A stretch of DNA of 64,000 nucleotides. Origin: Octopus sinensis (lineage: Eukaryota). Both the position numbers and the translations under genes were made by a program. The notes beneath the pieces were generated by a model. The model was not told the origin of the DNA and did no database searches. It saw nothing but the letters and a program-made list of their open reading frames with translations. How positions within the stretch are numbered: position 1 is the stretch's first letter; each line of letters opens with the position of its first letter. Below, piece by piece: positions 12,638-26,190 of the stretch. The stretch is from NCBI RefSeq assembly GCF_006345805.1, contig NC_042997.1, positions 193,812,001 to 193,876,000 on the forward strand. Reading direction: 5' to 3'.

Positions 12638-12852
12638 ATATGTTTGTATGTCTGTGTTTGTCCCCCCCAACATCGCTTGACAACCGATGGTGGTGTGTTT
12701 ACGTCCCCGTAACTTAGCGGTTCGGCAGAAGAGACGGATAAAATAAGTACTAGGCTTACAAAGAATAAGTCCTGGGGTCGATTTGCTCGACTAAAAGGCG
12801 GTGCTCCAGCATGGCCGCAGTCAAATGACTGAAACAAGTAAAAGAAGAAAAG
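12436..12852 (+). mobile_element. tRNA-derived SINE family C, full length, with internal microsatellite
   Basis: Head GGCGCAGGAGTGGCTGTGTGGTAAGTAG..GGGTTCAGTCCCACTGCGTGGCACCTTGGGCAAG and tail ..GACTGAAACAAGTAAAAGA. Other copies at about 20515-20960, 24100-24495, 51160-51440 and 52030-52555 (all minus strand) and 59940-60100. Confidence 0.85.
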
Positions 12853-13431
12853 AGTATATCTTATTATATTTTGCTTCATTTTTCCCCCTTTAAAATTAAT
12901 CTTTTATTTCTTAACCAATGATTCTGATTCTATTTAATTTCAATTCGATATTAGCTTTGTTCTGTACCTTTATTCTAAATTACTAGTCATCCTTTCAAAT
13001 CTTAATCTTTATCTCGATTTCCTCTTCATATTTTTCTTACACCTATTAACAGCATTTCCAAGAATGTGGTAATAAACTATCACCTCTTTGAAAAATCTCT
13101 ATTTTATCTCAGTCTGCAGGTCTATCCACGAGTATGTTATGTACACAATAAATTTTTAGTCTCCTAAATATGTCGGTTAGTCGCGCTGCCGGTTATAGTT
13201 TTAATGAATGGGAACTAAGATGATACTTTGTCTTTCGTAGTCATTCTACACGGGCGTTTCTCTGATAACGTGACGAATTGCTTTTTAATTTATTACTATA
13301 ATCTCCGAAGCCCCTCCTTCTCTTATTCTGCTATCTACCTTGGTGTTGCATTTACGCTGAGACGGTTAGTGGAAGATTTCATTTGATATTACATGCTTTT
13401 TCATGAATTTATTTATTTGTATAACCTTATA

Positions 13432-13478
13432 TGTTAACTGATGAAACAATTCTAGTGATTATCGAAACGATTGTAACT
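13432..13478 (+). ncRNA. Decayed hammerhead-like motif downstream of the 12105 PLE fragment
   Basis: CUGAUGA-AACAAUUCUAGUGAUUAUC-GAAAC-GAUU-GUA. Core boxes are intact, stem II is mismatched and stem I does not pair. Confidence 0.35.
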
Positions 13479-13670
13479 GATTAATAGATGTAATGCCATT
13501 ATCTGCATTCCTTTGTCTATATCTGTGTGTGAGAGTGGGTGTTTGGTCTTGCATAAGTATATATATGTATGTATACTCACGCGTATACATATATAATATA
13601 TATAATATATAATTAATTGTATGTAATGATATATATATACTATAATATATATAATAATGTATATAATATA

Positions 13671-13751
<81 letters not shown>

Positions 13752-13774
13752 GTATATATATATATATATACATA

Positions 13775-14286
13775 CCGTAAATCCTCGAGTATAATCCGCA
13801 TATTTTCCCCAAAATTTAATGGTCAATTTCTCTAGTGCGTACTATATACGAGGTTTAAAATGAAAATTATTTTCTAAGCAATGTCCAAGTTTCTATTTGC
13901 TGTCCGGCAATGTTTATTCAGATGCATTTTGTGATGTCGGGCGCGAAAATACCTTAAGCTAAGCCTGAAGTCATAAAAGAATCATTCATAATTTGCAGTA
14001 AGCAACATTTATTAAAATAAAAGTATTCAGAACACAGAATAACGTGTAGCAAAAACAATTTGCAAACATATTTACATTCCCATATAACAGTTAAGAATAT
14101 CGCTATTATTGTATTACGCATGCGCGGAAATGTTTGTTCGACTAGGTACTGCTGGCTTAAATACGCACGACTCAAGTAGAGAAGGGGTGCGTATTATACA
14201 CAAGGTTTAGGCTTTTCAGCAGTACAGCCCCCTAAAAATCCCCTGCGTATTATACTCAAGGGCGGACTATACTCGAGGATTTACGG
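13775..14286. mobile_element. pogo/Tigger-like non-autonomous element with TA TSD
   Basis: TIR CCGTAAATCCTCGAGTATA / TATACTCGAGGATTTACGG, flanked by TA on both sides. Confidence 0.8.
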
Positions 14287-14288
14287 TA

Positions 14289-16709
14289 CATACCTTAACA
14301 TATATTCCAGGCGCCCCGTACCCCCCTTATCATTAATGTGAACACATATCTTAATAATTGGTACGACTCTCTGTTTGTCTCTCTCTTTTCTCTCTATTCA
14401 TCTTCTCTTTCCTCGATCCCTTTGGTCTAGTCTCCACACTACCCTCCTATTTCTTTGTCTCGCTCTGCACTCACAGGTCATTCTTCGACACCCATCCCTT
14501 CTCCTCTCTGATTCCTTCTTTCTCTCTCTCTCTCTCTCTTTGTTGCGTTTTGTCCCCCTTTTCTCTCTCTCTCTCTCTCTTGCTTCTCTTTCTTTCTTTT
14601 CTTTTCCCTCTTCTCTGTCACGTGACTGTTTGCCGAAATCTGCTTTCAGCTCCTGACCCTCGTCGTGTTAACATCGTTGTTTTTCGTCCGCCGCTATAAA
14701 GGCTTTTTCCAATGCGCCAGAGAAAAATTGTTTGCTTTTATCAGTCGTAAGACACTTGTTGTTTTCACCGTTAATGCTTCTGTATTTCATGTTTCTGTAT
14801 TCCATTATTGTTTTTTTTTTTTTTTTTTTTTTTTTTATACCTGTCCCTTTTGCTGTCCTGGTGCTCGTATGCATTCGATCCTTCTTCCAGGAAATCTACG
14901 CTTCCATTAGTTTTTCTAATGCTCGTTGCTTAGTTTTTCTTGGAGGGCTGGCCGTGATCTAGTAATCTCAAGATTAATCAGCCGAAATTACTACGATGAT
15001 CCGTTCTTGACGAAGACTGAGGGGTTCGAATGTCCTGTCATGTTTATTGTATCGTCTTCTAAGATTTATACGTTCTTGTCCATGTTGTATTTTTCTACAT
15101 ACCTTAACATATATTCAGGCGCCCCGTACCCCCCTTATCATTAATGTGAACACATATTCTTAATAATTGGTACGACTCTCTGTTTGTCTCTCTTTTCTCT
15201 CTATTCATTCATCTTCTCTTTCCTCTGATCCTTTGGTCTATCTTCCACTACCCTCCTATTTCTTTGTCTCGATCTGCACTCACAGGTCATTCTTCGACAC
15301 CCATCCCTTCTCCTCTCTGATTCCTTCTTTCTCTCTCTTCTCTCCTTTGTTGCGTTTTGTCCCCCTTTTCTCTCTCTCTCTTCCTTTGCTTCTCTTTCTT
15401 TTCTTTTCCCTCTTCTCTGTCACGTGACTGTTGGCCGAAATCTGCCTTTCAGCTCCTGACCCTCGTCGTGTTAACATCGTTGTTTTTCGTCCGCCGCTAT
15501 AAAGGCTTTTTCCAATGCGCCAGAGAAAAAATTTGTTTGCTTGTTATCAGTCGTAAGACACTTGTTGTTTTCACCGTTAATGCTTCTGTATTTCATGTTT
15601 CTGTATTCCATTATTGTTTTTTTTTTTTTTTTTTTTTTTTTTATACCTGTCCCTTTTGCTGTCCTGGTGCTCGTATGCATTCGATCCTTCTCCAGGAAAT
15701 CTACGCTTCCAGCTTAGTTTTTCTAATGCTCGTTGCTTAGTTTTTCTTGGAGGGCTGGCCGTGATCTAGTAATCTCAAGATTAATCAGCCGAAATTACTA
15801 CGATGATCCGGTTCTTGACTGAAGACTGAGGGGTTCGAATGTCCTGTCCATGTTTATTGTATCGTCTTCTAAGAGTTATACGTTCTTGTCCATGTTGTAT
15901 TTTTCTACATACCTTAACATATATTCCAGGCGCCCCGTACCCCCCTTATCATTAATGTGAACACATATTCTTAATAATTGGTACGACTCTCTGTTTGTCT
16001 CTCTCTTTTCTCTCTATTCATCTTCTCTTTCCTCTGATCCTTTGGTCTAGTCTTCCACTACCCTCCTATTTCTTTGTCTCGCTCTGCACTCACAGGTCAT
16101 TCTTCGACACCCATCCCTTCTCCTCTCTGATTCCTTCTTTCTCTCTCTTCTCTCTCTTTGTTGCGTTTTGTCCCCCTTTTCTCTCTCTCTCTTCCTTGCT
16201 TCTCTTTCTTTTCTTTTCCCTCTTCTCTGTCACGTGACTGTTGCCGAAATCTGCCTTTCAGCTCCTGACCCTCGTCGTGTTACATCGTTGTTTTTCGTCC
16301 GCCGCTATAAAGGCTTTTTCCAATGCGCCAGAGAAAAAATTTGTTGTGCTTGTTATCAGTCGTAAGACACTTGTTGTTTTCACCGTTAATGCTTCTGTAT
16401 TTCATGTTTCTGTATTCCATTATTGTTTTTGTTTTTTTTTTATACCTGTCCCTTTTGCTGTCCTGTGTTCGTATGCATCGATCCTTCTTCCAGGAAATCT
16501 ACGCTTCCAGCTTAGTTTTTCTAATGCTCGTTGCTTAGTTTTTCTTGGAGGGCTGGCCGTGATCTAGTAATCTCAAGATTAATCAGCCGAAATTACTACG
16601 ATGATCCGGTTCTTGACTGAAGACTGAGGGTTCGAATGTCCTGTCCATGTTTATTGTATCGTCTTCTAAGAGTTATACGTTCTTGTCCATGTTGTATTTT
16701 CTACATACC

Positions 16710-16713
<4 letters not shown>
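14289..16713. repeat. Three head-to-tail copies of a ~810-bp non-coding unit
   Basis: Units start CATACCTTAAC at 14289, 15098 and 15908, and the array ends CATACCTTAA at 16704-16713. Copies differ mainly by short indels. Confidence 0.95.
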
Positions 16714-16744
<31 letters not shown>

Positions 16745-16772
16745 GCACATAAAAACATGTCGTATTATTACA

Positions 16773-16834
<62 letters not shown>

Positions 16835-17511
16835 TGTAATAAATACGACATTTTTTTATGTGCTACTATTAGTTTCATGCGATGAAAGCATGCCAGACAG
16901 TATCTTAAACACGTCTGGTGTCTCAGCACAATCTTCAGGCACTGTCTATATGGCATAGCAAGCTGAAAATAAGATGATGGGATGAGCAGAAATGCGAGAA
17001 AATGCGAGAGAGAAGTAGATGTAAAAGGTGGAGGGCTGAAAAACCGTCGTTTTCCGGTTTTCCGACTTTCCCCCTTTGTATAATGTAGTCAAAGATACAC
17101 TGTGCATAGAAATTGATGGGATAATCTCGGGTCGACTGGAGTGCCTTTGATCAGTGCTGACCAGGAGCAATATAGTTTCTTGTTGTTAGTGATGATAATG
17201 ATGACGACGACGATGATGATGATGACGATTATGATGATGTGGTAATAGTGGTAATGATGATGATGATTTAACCCTAGCTTATCTCTGATCGAGCAAACCT
17301 ATGTTCAAAACCATTTCACCCCGAGTACGCCTTCTTTTTTTTTTGCACATAAGTCCTACATTATCAAATACGTAGTTCGATTTTTTTCCTAAACAATAGG
17401 GAATGATATAAAGGAGATTTGGCAATTATTTCTAGCTGATCGAGTCACAGTTTCTGTAGAGACGACCGCGTTGGTTCAATGCTGGTTGAGACTATTGCTA
17501 CCGCTGCTGAA

Positions 17512-17528
17512 CTTGTAGTAGTAGTAGT

Positions 17529-17586
<58 letters not shown>

Positions 17587-17809
17587 CGGCAGCAGCAGCA
17601 GCAGCTGCAGTGGTAGTAGTAGTAGTAGTAGTAGCGGCGGCGGTGGTGGTATTAGTAGTAGTAGTAACACTAATAGTAGTAGTAACAGTAGTAGTAGTAG
17701 TAGTAGTAGCAGCAGTGACGATGGTGGTAGTAGTAGTAATAGTAGTAGTAGTAGTAGTAGTAGAAGTAGCAGCGGCGGTGGTGGTAGTAGTAGTAGTGGC
17801 GGTGGCGGT

Positions 17810-17879
<70 letters not shown>

Positions 17880-17905
17880 ATGGTGATGATGATAGTGGTG
17901 GTGGT
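17512..17905. repeat. Compound trinucleotide microsatellite (GTA/GCA/GTG/GCG)n
   Basis: Direct inspection; produces stop-free poly-Thr/Ala and poly-Val frames. Confidence 0.9.
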
Positions 17906-19148
17906 TCTAGTGGGGATTTTTTTAAACTTCTGAATTAGAGCATAATGCGTCATAATCGCATCTGGGGTTTAACAAAGAACATCTTCAAAATAGCATGACG
18001 CACATTATAGATGCAGTCCTCTTGTTTATCTAAACTATCCATTCATGCATCCCTACAAAATATTTTCCATTTAATCCCTCCAAAAAACCCTTTCCATTTT
18101 GCTTTTGTTCTCTTTCTATCAATAAACACTGACGTCACTTCATTGAAGTCTACGAACCTGTATGAGGTGTCGATGCCTTGAACTTTAGGTGCATACATCC
18201 CTTGTAACTTTTATTCAAATAGCTATATCACTGTGTGTGTATATATGCGTGTGCCTACATACATACATACATACATACATACATACATACATACATACAT
18301 ACATACATACATACATGCATACAAAAATACCCTGTTGTTGATGTTGAAATTACAATGAAGACACCTTGGATCTAGGTTAGAAACTGGATCTGTCTCTATT
18401 GGCAAGAAATCTTGAAATAAACTGAACAATAACATACATACATACATAACATGCATATATATATTCATATGATACATACATAACATAAAATACACAAAGG
18501 GTGGTGAGCTGGCAGAAACGTTAGCACGCCGGGCGAAATGCTTAGCGTTATTTCGTCTGCCGCTACGTTCTGAGTTCAAATTCCGCCGAGGTCAACTTTA
18601 CCTTTCATCCTTAAATAAGTACCAGTTACGCACTGAGGTCGATATAATCGACTTAATCCGTTTGTCTGTCCTTGTTTGTCCCTTCTGTGTTTAGCCCCTT
18701 GTGGGAAGTAAAGAAATAGGTATTTTGTCTACCGTTACGTTCTGAGTTCAAATTCCACCGAGGATTCTAAATCAAATTTCACAATATATAATATATGTAT
18801 ATAATTAAGAGAAATAACCTCTATTAAATAATTCAGTTGTTAGTGAATGATATTATCTATATTAAATCATATAAAAAAATTTAAATATATTATTCTAGTG
18901 ATTTTTAAAATAATATTTATTATAATATATTTAAATTCTTTCTATATGATTTAATATAGATAATATCTTTCACTATCATTTGAATTACTTAATAGAGAAT
19001 ATTTCTCTTAATTATATATATATATATATCACCGCGATCACCGTGACCGACCAGGCTATCAGATGTTGCTACACACATCGCTGGTCACAATGCGCTTCGC
19101 ATTGTTTTAGCCTTCAAATGACGCCACCCCGCTGGCTAAGCGAGCAGG

Positions 19149-19180
<32 letters not shown>

Positions 19181-19184
<4 letters not shown>

Positions 19185-19321
19185 GTTGTCCCAAAAGTTC
19201 GTAAACACTTGCGAAAATTTAATTTTTACTCGCCAAGTACTAACAAAAACAACAAAAATTATTCCTCAAAATAAAGACCATTATTTTCCAAGACTTTCTA
19301 CGAACTTTTGGGACAACCTTA
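19181..19321. mobile_element. 141-bp mariner-type MITE in (TA)n
   Basis: TIR TTAGGTTGTCCCAAAAGTTCGTA / TACGAACTTTTGGGACAACCT, related to the mariner TIR at 55885. Confidence 0.8.
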
Positions 19322-20730
19322 TATATATATATATAAATATATATATACGACGGCTTTCTACCAGTTTACGTCTACCAAATCCACTCATAAATCTTTGTTG
19401 GCCCGAGGCTATAGTAGAAGGCACTTGTTCAAGCTGCTACGCAATGGGACTGAACCCGGAAACGTGTGGTTAGGAAGCAAGCTTTTTACTACACAGCAAT
19501 ACACACAAAAAGAGAGAGAGAGGTGGATGGATATGACGTTGGTTTCAAATTTTTGGTACAAGGCCAGCGATTTCGACCCCGAAAGAAAGATGAAAGACAA
19601 AAATCGACGTTGGTGGAATTTGAACTCAGAACCTAAGGACGTACGAAATGCCGCTAAGCATTATTGCCCAGCGCGGTAACGATTCTGCCAGCTCACCGCT
19701 TTATGATGCATGAAACATATTAAGGCTTGTTTACTTTTCTCGGGTTTTATTCATCATTTAACAATCATATACTGTGACTAGAAATATGCAGATTTAGATA
19801 AACATACACTTGCGTCAGAAATTAATTAGCACTTCTCAAATTTCTACATTAAATAGGTTAAATTAATTAGCCTATGAGCTGTTCAAAACGTCTTACGCGA
19901 TGATAAAATTAGTATGGTGATTTCGGTCCTTGCGAGGCGCTACCTATATCTATTAAACAAAGGAAGATTTGTCTGCATCCGCACTCCAAGTTGTTGTTGC
20001 ACTGCTATGTCAACATCATAAGGCTGTAGACTCTCAAACTGCTCTGCAAACAAAGTTACGTCATCGTTCTGCGCAACAGTGAACTCGCAACAAAGCAATA
20101 GTTCGAGATATGGCCACTAGGTGACAGCACATACCTTGAGTGAAGAGCAAATCAAGGGTGCTAATTAATTTCTGAAGGTAGTGTACGTGTTTACACAGCC
20201 ACAGTCGCTTCCTCCAGACCAAAGCCCTCTGGTATAACCTTATAATTCAGGAAAAACATTAACAAAACTGAACGAATAAACAATGATGCACATATAATTT
20301 TGTGTTTACTTGGAAGATTTATTAAGGAAGCCATTCTAAAACTATTACTGCAGCCAAGTAATTTATTCCCATTCGTGTATGATAATGGATTTATACAACT
20401 TCATGATAATGTATATAACTCTACGAAGTGAATCGTTAAATAGATGAAGATTGTGTTTAATTTTTTTGCTTTTTTTTTTTTTTTCGTGATAGAAAAAAAT
20501 AAAATTCTTGCATTTACTCTTTTACTTGTTTCAGTCATTTGACTGTGTGGCCATGCGGGAGCACCGCCTTTAGTCGAGCAAATCGACCCCAGGACTTATT
20601 CTTTGTAAGCCTAGTACTTATTCTCTCAGTCTCTTTTGCCGAACCGCTAGGTTACGGGAACGTAAACACACCAGCATCGGTTGTCAAGTGATGTTGCGGG
20701 GACAAACACATATACACAAACATATACACA

Positions 20731-20790
<60 letters not shown>

Positions 20791-21337
20791 CATACATACG
20801 GCGGGCTTCTTTCAGTTTCCGTCTACCAAATCCACTCACAATGCTTTGGTCGGCCCGAGGCTATAGTAGAAGACACTTGCCCAAGATGCCACGTAGTGGG
20901 ACTGAACCTGGAACCATGTGGCTGTAAGCAAGCTACTTACCACACAGCCACTTCTACGCCTATTTAAGGGAAACATATCCATCTCTAGTTACAACAATTG
21001 CAGTACGTAATTGAAAGAGCAACAGAGAAAACCTCGACCACCAACGATAGAATGTCAGGTATGACTCTGCGCTGTGTGTGCTTAATCACTCCGAACGACC
21101 TATTCCAGCTTTCTATAAATTGGAGCAATGAGAAGGTTTGGCTCAGACAAAATCAAAACTGTTCTTATGAGCAAAACTAAAATAGACCAGAGCTGCTATC
21201 CTAAGCTATCCTATGCTTTTGCCAAACTGCTAAGTCACGGGGAACATAAACTCACCAACACCGGTTGTCAAGAGGTGGTGGTTGGATAGACACAGATACA
21301 AGGACACACACGTGTATATATTCGACAGGCTTCTTTC

Positions 21338-21718
21338 AGTTTCCGTCTACCAAATCCATTCACAAGACTTTTGTTGGCCCGAAGCTATAGAAGACACTTG
21401 TCCGTGGTGTCACGCAGTGGGACTGAACTCGGAACCATGTGACTGAGAAGCAAGTTTCTTACCACACAGCCACACGCAGTTTCCCTCTACCAAATCCACT
21501 CACAAGGCTTTGGTTGGCCCGAGGTGCCATGCAATGGGACTAAACTCGGAACCATGTGATTGAGAAGCAAGCTTCTTACCACACAGCCACACGCAGTTTC
21601 CCTCTACCAAATCCACTCACAAGGCGCTATAGAAGACATTTGTCCGAGGTACCACGCAGTGGGACTGAACTCGGAATCATGTGATTGAGAAGCAAGTTTC
21701 TTACCACACAGCCACGCC
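21338..21718 (-). mobile_element. SINE family C 5' half, three tandem partial copies
   Basis: Unit of ~120-140 bp, TTTCC(G/C)TCTACCAAATCCA..GGGACT(G/A)AACTCGGAA(C/T)CATGTGA..ACCACACAGCCAC, repeated three times. Confidence 0.8.
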
Positions 21719-21769
21719 TACACTTATAATAAAGCCAAACGTTGTAATTTTGCGTTATACATTGCAGGC

Positions 21770-22140
21770 TGATGACTTCCAGGTGCCTGATAATATCTAA
21801 CCAAAATTTCTATATCAGGTTCAATGTTAGTCAAAAGAAATTCTAAGTCCCCCCTTTGACTAATTGCAATTTTATTTTGTTGCTTAGTCAGCAATTGCGA
21901 CACTGCACTAAATTCTTTCTCTGCTAAATATGAAGAATGAAAAGCAATTAACAGTAATTTAGTTTCTTGCCAAAGTTGAGAATACTTGCTTTTCATTTTG
22001 TGCCAGAATGATTCATAACCAAGCTTTTGAAAATATACTTGAGCTTCGAAATAATTCTTTTAAGTCGATAATTTCTTTATGTGCAGTCTAGAGCAATGAC
22101 CCTCAGACATAAATTGAGCCATTTTTCCACTCCCACCAAA
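21770..22140 (-). mobile_element. hAT (Buster/Charlie-like) transposase, C-terminal remnant
   Basis: ORF 21724-21996 reads LLLIAFHSSYLAEKEFSAVSQLLTKQQNKIAISQRGDLEFLLTNIEPDI, matching the hATC dimerisation-domain pattern (FP.SYL.E.GFS..RNRL..GDLR). Confidence 0.8.
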
Positions 22141-22768
22141 AATATTAGTGAAAATATTTGCCTTCCCCCATCCCCTTTAACAATGAGATGACGGAGTAGA
22201 GTTTGTATCCATACAACAGATTAAGTCGATTATATCGATCCTAGTGCGTAACTGGTACTTAATTTATCGACCCCGAAAGGATGAAAGGCAAAGTCAACCT
22301 CGGCGGAATTTGAACCCAGAACGTAACGGTAGACGAAATACCGCTAGGCATTTCACCCGGTGTGCTAACGATTCTGCCAGCTCGCCGCCTTCCGCTATAA
22401 ATATAACATTCGTTCTATACCACAGAAGTCACTTGTCATAACCATGCTGTAAAGCAATGTGATGGTTTATATAACGAATTAGAACATATTTGGTTAAAAT
22501 AATTAAAAGACCTATAATTTATAACTAAATTAGACCCCTGGTACACAAGAAAATATGGTGTAAAATGGGCATGGAAATCAGAGTTAATTTTTATTAGGCA
22601 TGGCAACTTATCGCTCCCATCACTTCACCCTAGCTCCTTTCAATCCTCACAGACCCTCTACTTCTAGAGACACTGCTCGAGGGAATTAATCAGTTTTCTA
22701 AGAAATCCCATAAAATCCCATCCTGCTATCTTTAACAAAATGGCACATAGAGTAATGTAGCTTTAGAT

Positions 22769-23102
22769 CAGGGTTTCTCAACTATTTTTTTTACCAGTGG
22801 ACCCCTTTGATTTCTGTTGTATTCTGATAGACCCCATCATAGCCATTCGATGTTTAAAAAATAGTTTTATAGAAACTCCTTTCAAAATTCCCATTTTTGT
22901 TTTTCCCACATGAACTTTTGTAGGTTGAACTATGTAAAATGGTAGAGAACGAAATCTGGCGGTTTCTTGCAATACATATCAATACATAATCTAAAACAAA
23001 ATTTTTTAGGGGGCTTTAAACTACTATTGTAGGTCCTCAATTTAGTATTTTGTTTGGGTAGGCTCCACAAAATCTTATATGGACACCGATTGAGAAACAC
23101 TG
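22769..23102. mobile_element. hAT MITE with 8-bp TSD
   Basis: TIR CAGGGTTTCTCAA / TTGAGAAACACTG; TSD CTTTAGAT (nnnTAnnn, Buster-type) at 22761-22768 and 23103-23110. Confidence 0.9.
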
Positions 23103-25319
23103 CTTTAGATAAAATGCGTCTGAAAAGGTGAGATGGTCGCAGCTAGAATATCTTTGATCATATTTCTACTTGACCAAGACTGATGCGGGAATAAACAACA
23201 ACAGCAACAGCAGAAGCGCCAATCTATTACGTAAGATCATTCTCAGAAGCAGGCGAAGGAAGAATTTGTGATAAAATTTATTCATACTTAAAATAGGTTC
23301 AATCAACAGACACTGGCTATAAGTTAGATCTCTTCTAATCCATAAATATCTCGACATTTCTCCCCTCAAGCGCGTGAGGATTTAATTACAGGAAATTTAT
23401 GAGCTGAGTTAGCAAGATTTTGTGTTTCTCATATCACGATTATCGTATGCGACATGTTATATTATGTCGTACTATTTCTTATCTGAATAAAACCTCATGA
23501 CGATATTGCTTTCATTGTTGGTTACATACAAATGTTTTACTCATTTATAACTATATAGTAAATATATTTATCTGACAAATAAAACGAAATCTCATTTTCT
23601 CTTTACGACATGATGTCCCCCATAAACCTAAAGAGGTAATAACGTTTCTATTCAGTTAAGGATTTATGTACATTAGGCGGATATAAATCAGATTATATAA
23701 TGGTTAAGCGACCAGCCTACCGGTGTCAATAGCCAGGCAGGTAAACAAAATATCTATAACAGAAACTATATTGACACAATCAGAGAGACAACAAAACCAC
23801 CAGAAGTAGTAGGAACTCAATATCTATGGAGCGATAAATTAACCGTTTACCCACTTTGATTATCTTGCTATTACGTTTACACAGTAATCTTACACTGTGG
23901 CTCCTCTTAAGGCTCAACGTTTCTTTTGCAACGATAGCAATTTCGTTTTTTTTTTCTTGGACATCAAAGTATCTCGAATTTCTCCTATACGTGTGCCTGT
24001 GTTTTCCCATATACGTGTGTATGTGTGTGTGTGTACGTATCTTGTGCATGTATGTGTGTTCGTGTGTGTGTGTGTGTGTATGTATTCTGTCAGTATTTTT
24101 TTACATGATTCAGTCATTTGACTGTGGCCATGCTGGAGCACCGCCTTTAGTCGAGCAAATCGACCCCAGGACTTATTCTTTGTAAGCCTAGTACTTATTC
24201 TATCGGTCTCTTTTGCCGAACCGCTATGTTACGGGAACGTAAACACACCAGCATCGGTTGTCGAGCGATGTTAGGGGAACAAACACAGACACACAAACAC
24301 ATACACACACATAAATATATATACATATATACGACAGGCGTCTTTCAGTTTCCGTCTACCAAATCCACTCACAAGGCTTTGGTCGGCCCGAGGCTATAGT
24401 AGAAGACACTTGCCCAAGGTGCCACGCAGTGGGACTGAACCCGGAACCATGTGGTTGGTAAGCAAGCTACTTACCACACAATTACTCCTACGCCTATAAT
24501 ATTCTCAATATTATAATAATTATTTTCCTTTGCTTTATATATAGGATAATTAGGTAGGTTCCATAATCTTTTAATAATCATCCGTTTTAGCAGCATTAGT
24601 AACCTTTATAAATTCGGTTCGGGTTAACTGGGATAAAATGAAAGAGAATATTGATCTTGCCTTTACCAACGATATTTGCAAATGCTTCCGATCAGGAGAA
24701 ATTCAGTTATCCTGCCGTACAGCCATAATTATATTATACTGAAAAACAATATACTGTATTTCCTCAGGAGTCACTTAGCGAGAAATTCAGTGAAAGCAAA
24801 TAAATATAGTTATATAAGAAGGTGAAAGGCAAAATTCGCGGCATATAAGAGGCAGTGGCATATTTCTAATTGTTAATTAAACTAAAAATACGCTTCTTCT
24901 GAATGACAAGATTTTCTGATTTGATGTCTTAAGCCGATTGACCACTAAACCAAGTTGCATGACTTATTCGTTCCTTATAGCATTGCGCTGTGTTGTGTGT
25001 GCTTGTATATGTGTGTGTGTGTGGTTATTTCGATATAAAATTGCGTATCTCAGTGGAAGCCAACGGCAATCCATCATTTCTGATCAGTTTAAGTGATTCT
25101 CTTTACCGCTGCAAAGCGAACCTAACTATTATTTAATCCTTAAGTACGTTTTAGATTGATTGATTGGTTGACTTTTGCTTCGGATATTTGCATATTTAAA
25201 CCAACTTTTGACCATCAGGATTCACTCAGAAACAATTCTTTCTATAGATCAATCTGAGATTCTTTTATATATCACAACGAAAAAGGCGACAGTTTGGTAA
25301 AACAGTATAGCATGTGACT

Positions 25320-25710
25320 AAGGCGGTGAGCTGGCAGAACCGTCAGCACGCCGGGCGAAATGCTTAGCGGTATTTCGTCTGCCGTTACGTTCTGAGTTCA
25401 AATTCCGCCGAGGTCGATTTTGCCTTTCATCCTTTCGGGGTCGATAAATTAAGTACCAGTTACGCACTGGGGTCGATAAATTAAGTACCAGTTACACACT
25501 GGGGTCGATGTAATCGACTTAATCCCTTTGTCTGTCCTTGTTTGTCCCCTCTATGTAACCCCTTGTGGGCAATAAACAAATAAGAAACGTTAGCACGCCG
25601 GGCGAAATGCTTAGTGACATTTCTTCCGGCTTTTTTACATTCTGAGTTCAAAATCTGGTGAGGTCAACTTCACCTTTCATCCCTTTGGGATCTATAAAAT
25701 AAAAACCCAG
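25320..25710 (+). mobile_element. SINE family A dimer
   Basis: Full head AGGCGGTGAGCTGGCAGAA, then a second unit starting AAGAAACGTTAGCACGCC directly after the tail. Includes an internal duplication of GGGGTCGATAAATTAAGTACCAGTTAC. Confidence 0.8.
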
Positions 25711-25924
25711 TTAAGTACTGTGATCAATGTAATCGACTTCTCCCCTCTCCTCAAAAATTCCTGGCCTTAGACCCTGCGACGGAGCGGTGTCCTGTTCAGG
25801 GAGAATATTGTGATTTCGGCCACTTATACGCAATGGAAACAGAGTGACCAGTCTTCCTAAGACTGAAAAAAAATAATAGAAATACACATAGATTAGTGAT
25901 CCAATACCAATGTAATATATATTT

Positions 25925-26190
25925 GTTTGTTCCTTCTCGAGCCACGCCTGGCTCATAAGGGCCGGTTTCCTTGGCGTATAGGTTCCCCACCTGGACGGGT
26001 CACCGGTCCGTCGCAGGTGAGCTGCAAGATGCACGAGGAAAGAGTGAGAGAAAGTTGTGGCGAAATAGTCAGCAGAAGTTCGCCATTACCTTCTGCCGGA
26101 GCCGCGTGGAGCTTAGGTGTTTCGCTCGTAAACACACACATCGCCCGGTCTGAGATTCGAACCCGCGATCCCTCGACCGCGAGTCCGCTG
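25925..26190 (-). mobile_element. SINE family B
   Basis: Same sequence as the copies at 11224 and 50515. Confidence 0.8.

Noticed and set aside
17498-17953. 151-aa Thr/Ala-rich ORF resembling a mucin or antifreeze protein (and poly-Val ORF 17610-17933)
   Set aside because: It is entirely a compound trinucleotide microsatellite, with no signal peptide, splice context or unique coding sequence.
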